Of a DNA stretch of 64,000 nucleotides, positions 63,168 through 64,000 are shown piece by piece (within the stretch, counting starts at the first letter, position 1; each line of letters starts with the position of its first letter). The position numbers and the translations under genes were made by a program. The notes below the pieces were generated by a model. That model saw only the letters and a program-made list of their open reading frames with translations, was not told where the DNA came from and searched no databases. This DNA is from Cetorhinus maximus (taxonomy: Eukaryota), in assembly GCF_964194155.1 (NCBI RefSeq), contig NC_135901.1:20584001-20648000 (forward strand), written 5' to 3'.

Positions 63168-63440
63168 GGGGGAGATGGTGGCGTAGTTGCAATATCACTG
63201 GACCTGTAACCCAAATGTTCAGGCTAATGCTTGGAGACATGGGTTCAAATTCCACCATGACTGCTAGTGGAATTTAAAGTCAATTAATTGAATCTTGGGT
63301 TCACTACAGAATCTGCTGTCCTCACCTGGTTTGGCCTACATGTGACTCCACAGCAATGTGGTTGACTCTTAACTGCGTTCTGAAATGGTCTGAGTGCAAT
63401 TAGGAATGGCCACATTCCATGAAAGAATAATTTTTTTAAA
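63168..63440 (+). mobile_element. tRNA-derived SINE with internal deletions
   Basis: tggcgtagttg A box, ggttcaaattcc B box, ggcctacatgtgactcc core. Confidence 0.85.
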
Positions 63441-64000
63441 ATTGTCATCGTGAAAGTGTCCCTGAAACTAATAAAATGTCTAGGGAGATGTTTGTATTTT
63501 TTTTAAGGAAAATTGCATTTAAAACCTGGCCACTTTCAGAGGGAGTAAAATTAAAGTGGAGAGGGATATAGAATCTGGATTTAGAAAATATCCACAAGCT
63601 GGATGCAGGTGAACAGAGAGCTGGAGAATCTTTAAGGTTCATGCATGAACTTTTGTTTGAACCATATGTATTTACGACTTGCCAATAATTTAGAATTCTA
63701 TGAGATAAACTGCAGGTGGGGAGGACGAATCAAAGTCAATAGTTATCACCATTTACTGGAAAAGTTTTTACATTTATTCTTGGTGCAGTTCATGGGTTTG
63801 TGTTGCTGATTCTGATAATTCTAGTAGCTTTAATATGTTATTTACGGAATGTAATCAAGACATTATGAAAACACAGCTTAGAAATAGCTGGGTTAAGCAG
63901 AAATCAGTTTGTGAGAGGTCAATAAGAATGTTCCCTTCTTGAGGTGGGGAGATCTGTAATAAATCACTGCCCAATAATCTTATAAAATCTTAAGAAATTG

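Overview
Vertebrate DNA, most likely a shark or other cartilaginous fish; this is inferred from the repeat and gene content and not proven. The window is a cluster of seven C2H2 zinc-finger paralogues with no KRAB domain visible. One reading frame is intact (13 fingers, 49041-50162), six are disrupted, and there are three further remnants. Each paralogue follows the same plan: a CpG island with YY1/NRF1-like motifs, an intron, one finger-array exon, and a conserved 3' block. The rest is nested transposons: CR1, L2 and RTE LINEs, tRNA-derived SINEs, a DeuSINE, Harbinger and LTR remnants, and Neptune-type Penelope-like elements (PLEs). The most notable signals: (1) about ten minimal type-I hammerhead ribozyme motifs in two families, carried by PLE tails and by short non-autonomous derivatives, with compensatory changes in stem II; (2) a 3.8-kb tails-out PLE palindrome with one target-site duplication and a perfectly homogenised 174-bp centre, an architecture repeated in miniature elsewhere; (3) the same in-frame stop codons in the leader fingers of six ZNF paralogues, upstream of a new Kozak ATG; (4) a mosaic ZNF gene; (5) a 51-bp minisatellite derived from L2 coding sequence. 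All coordinates and alignments were read by eye, and most repeat boundaries are approximate.
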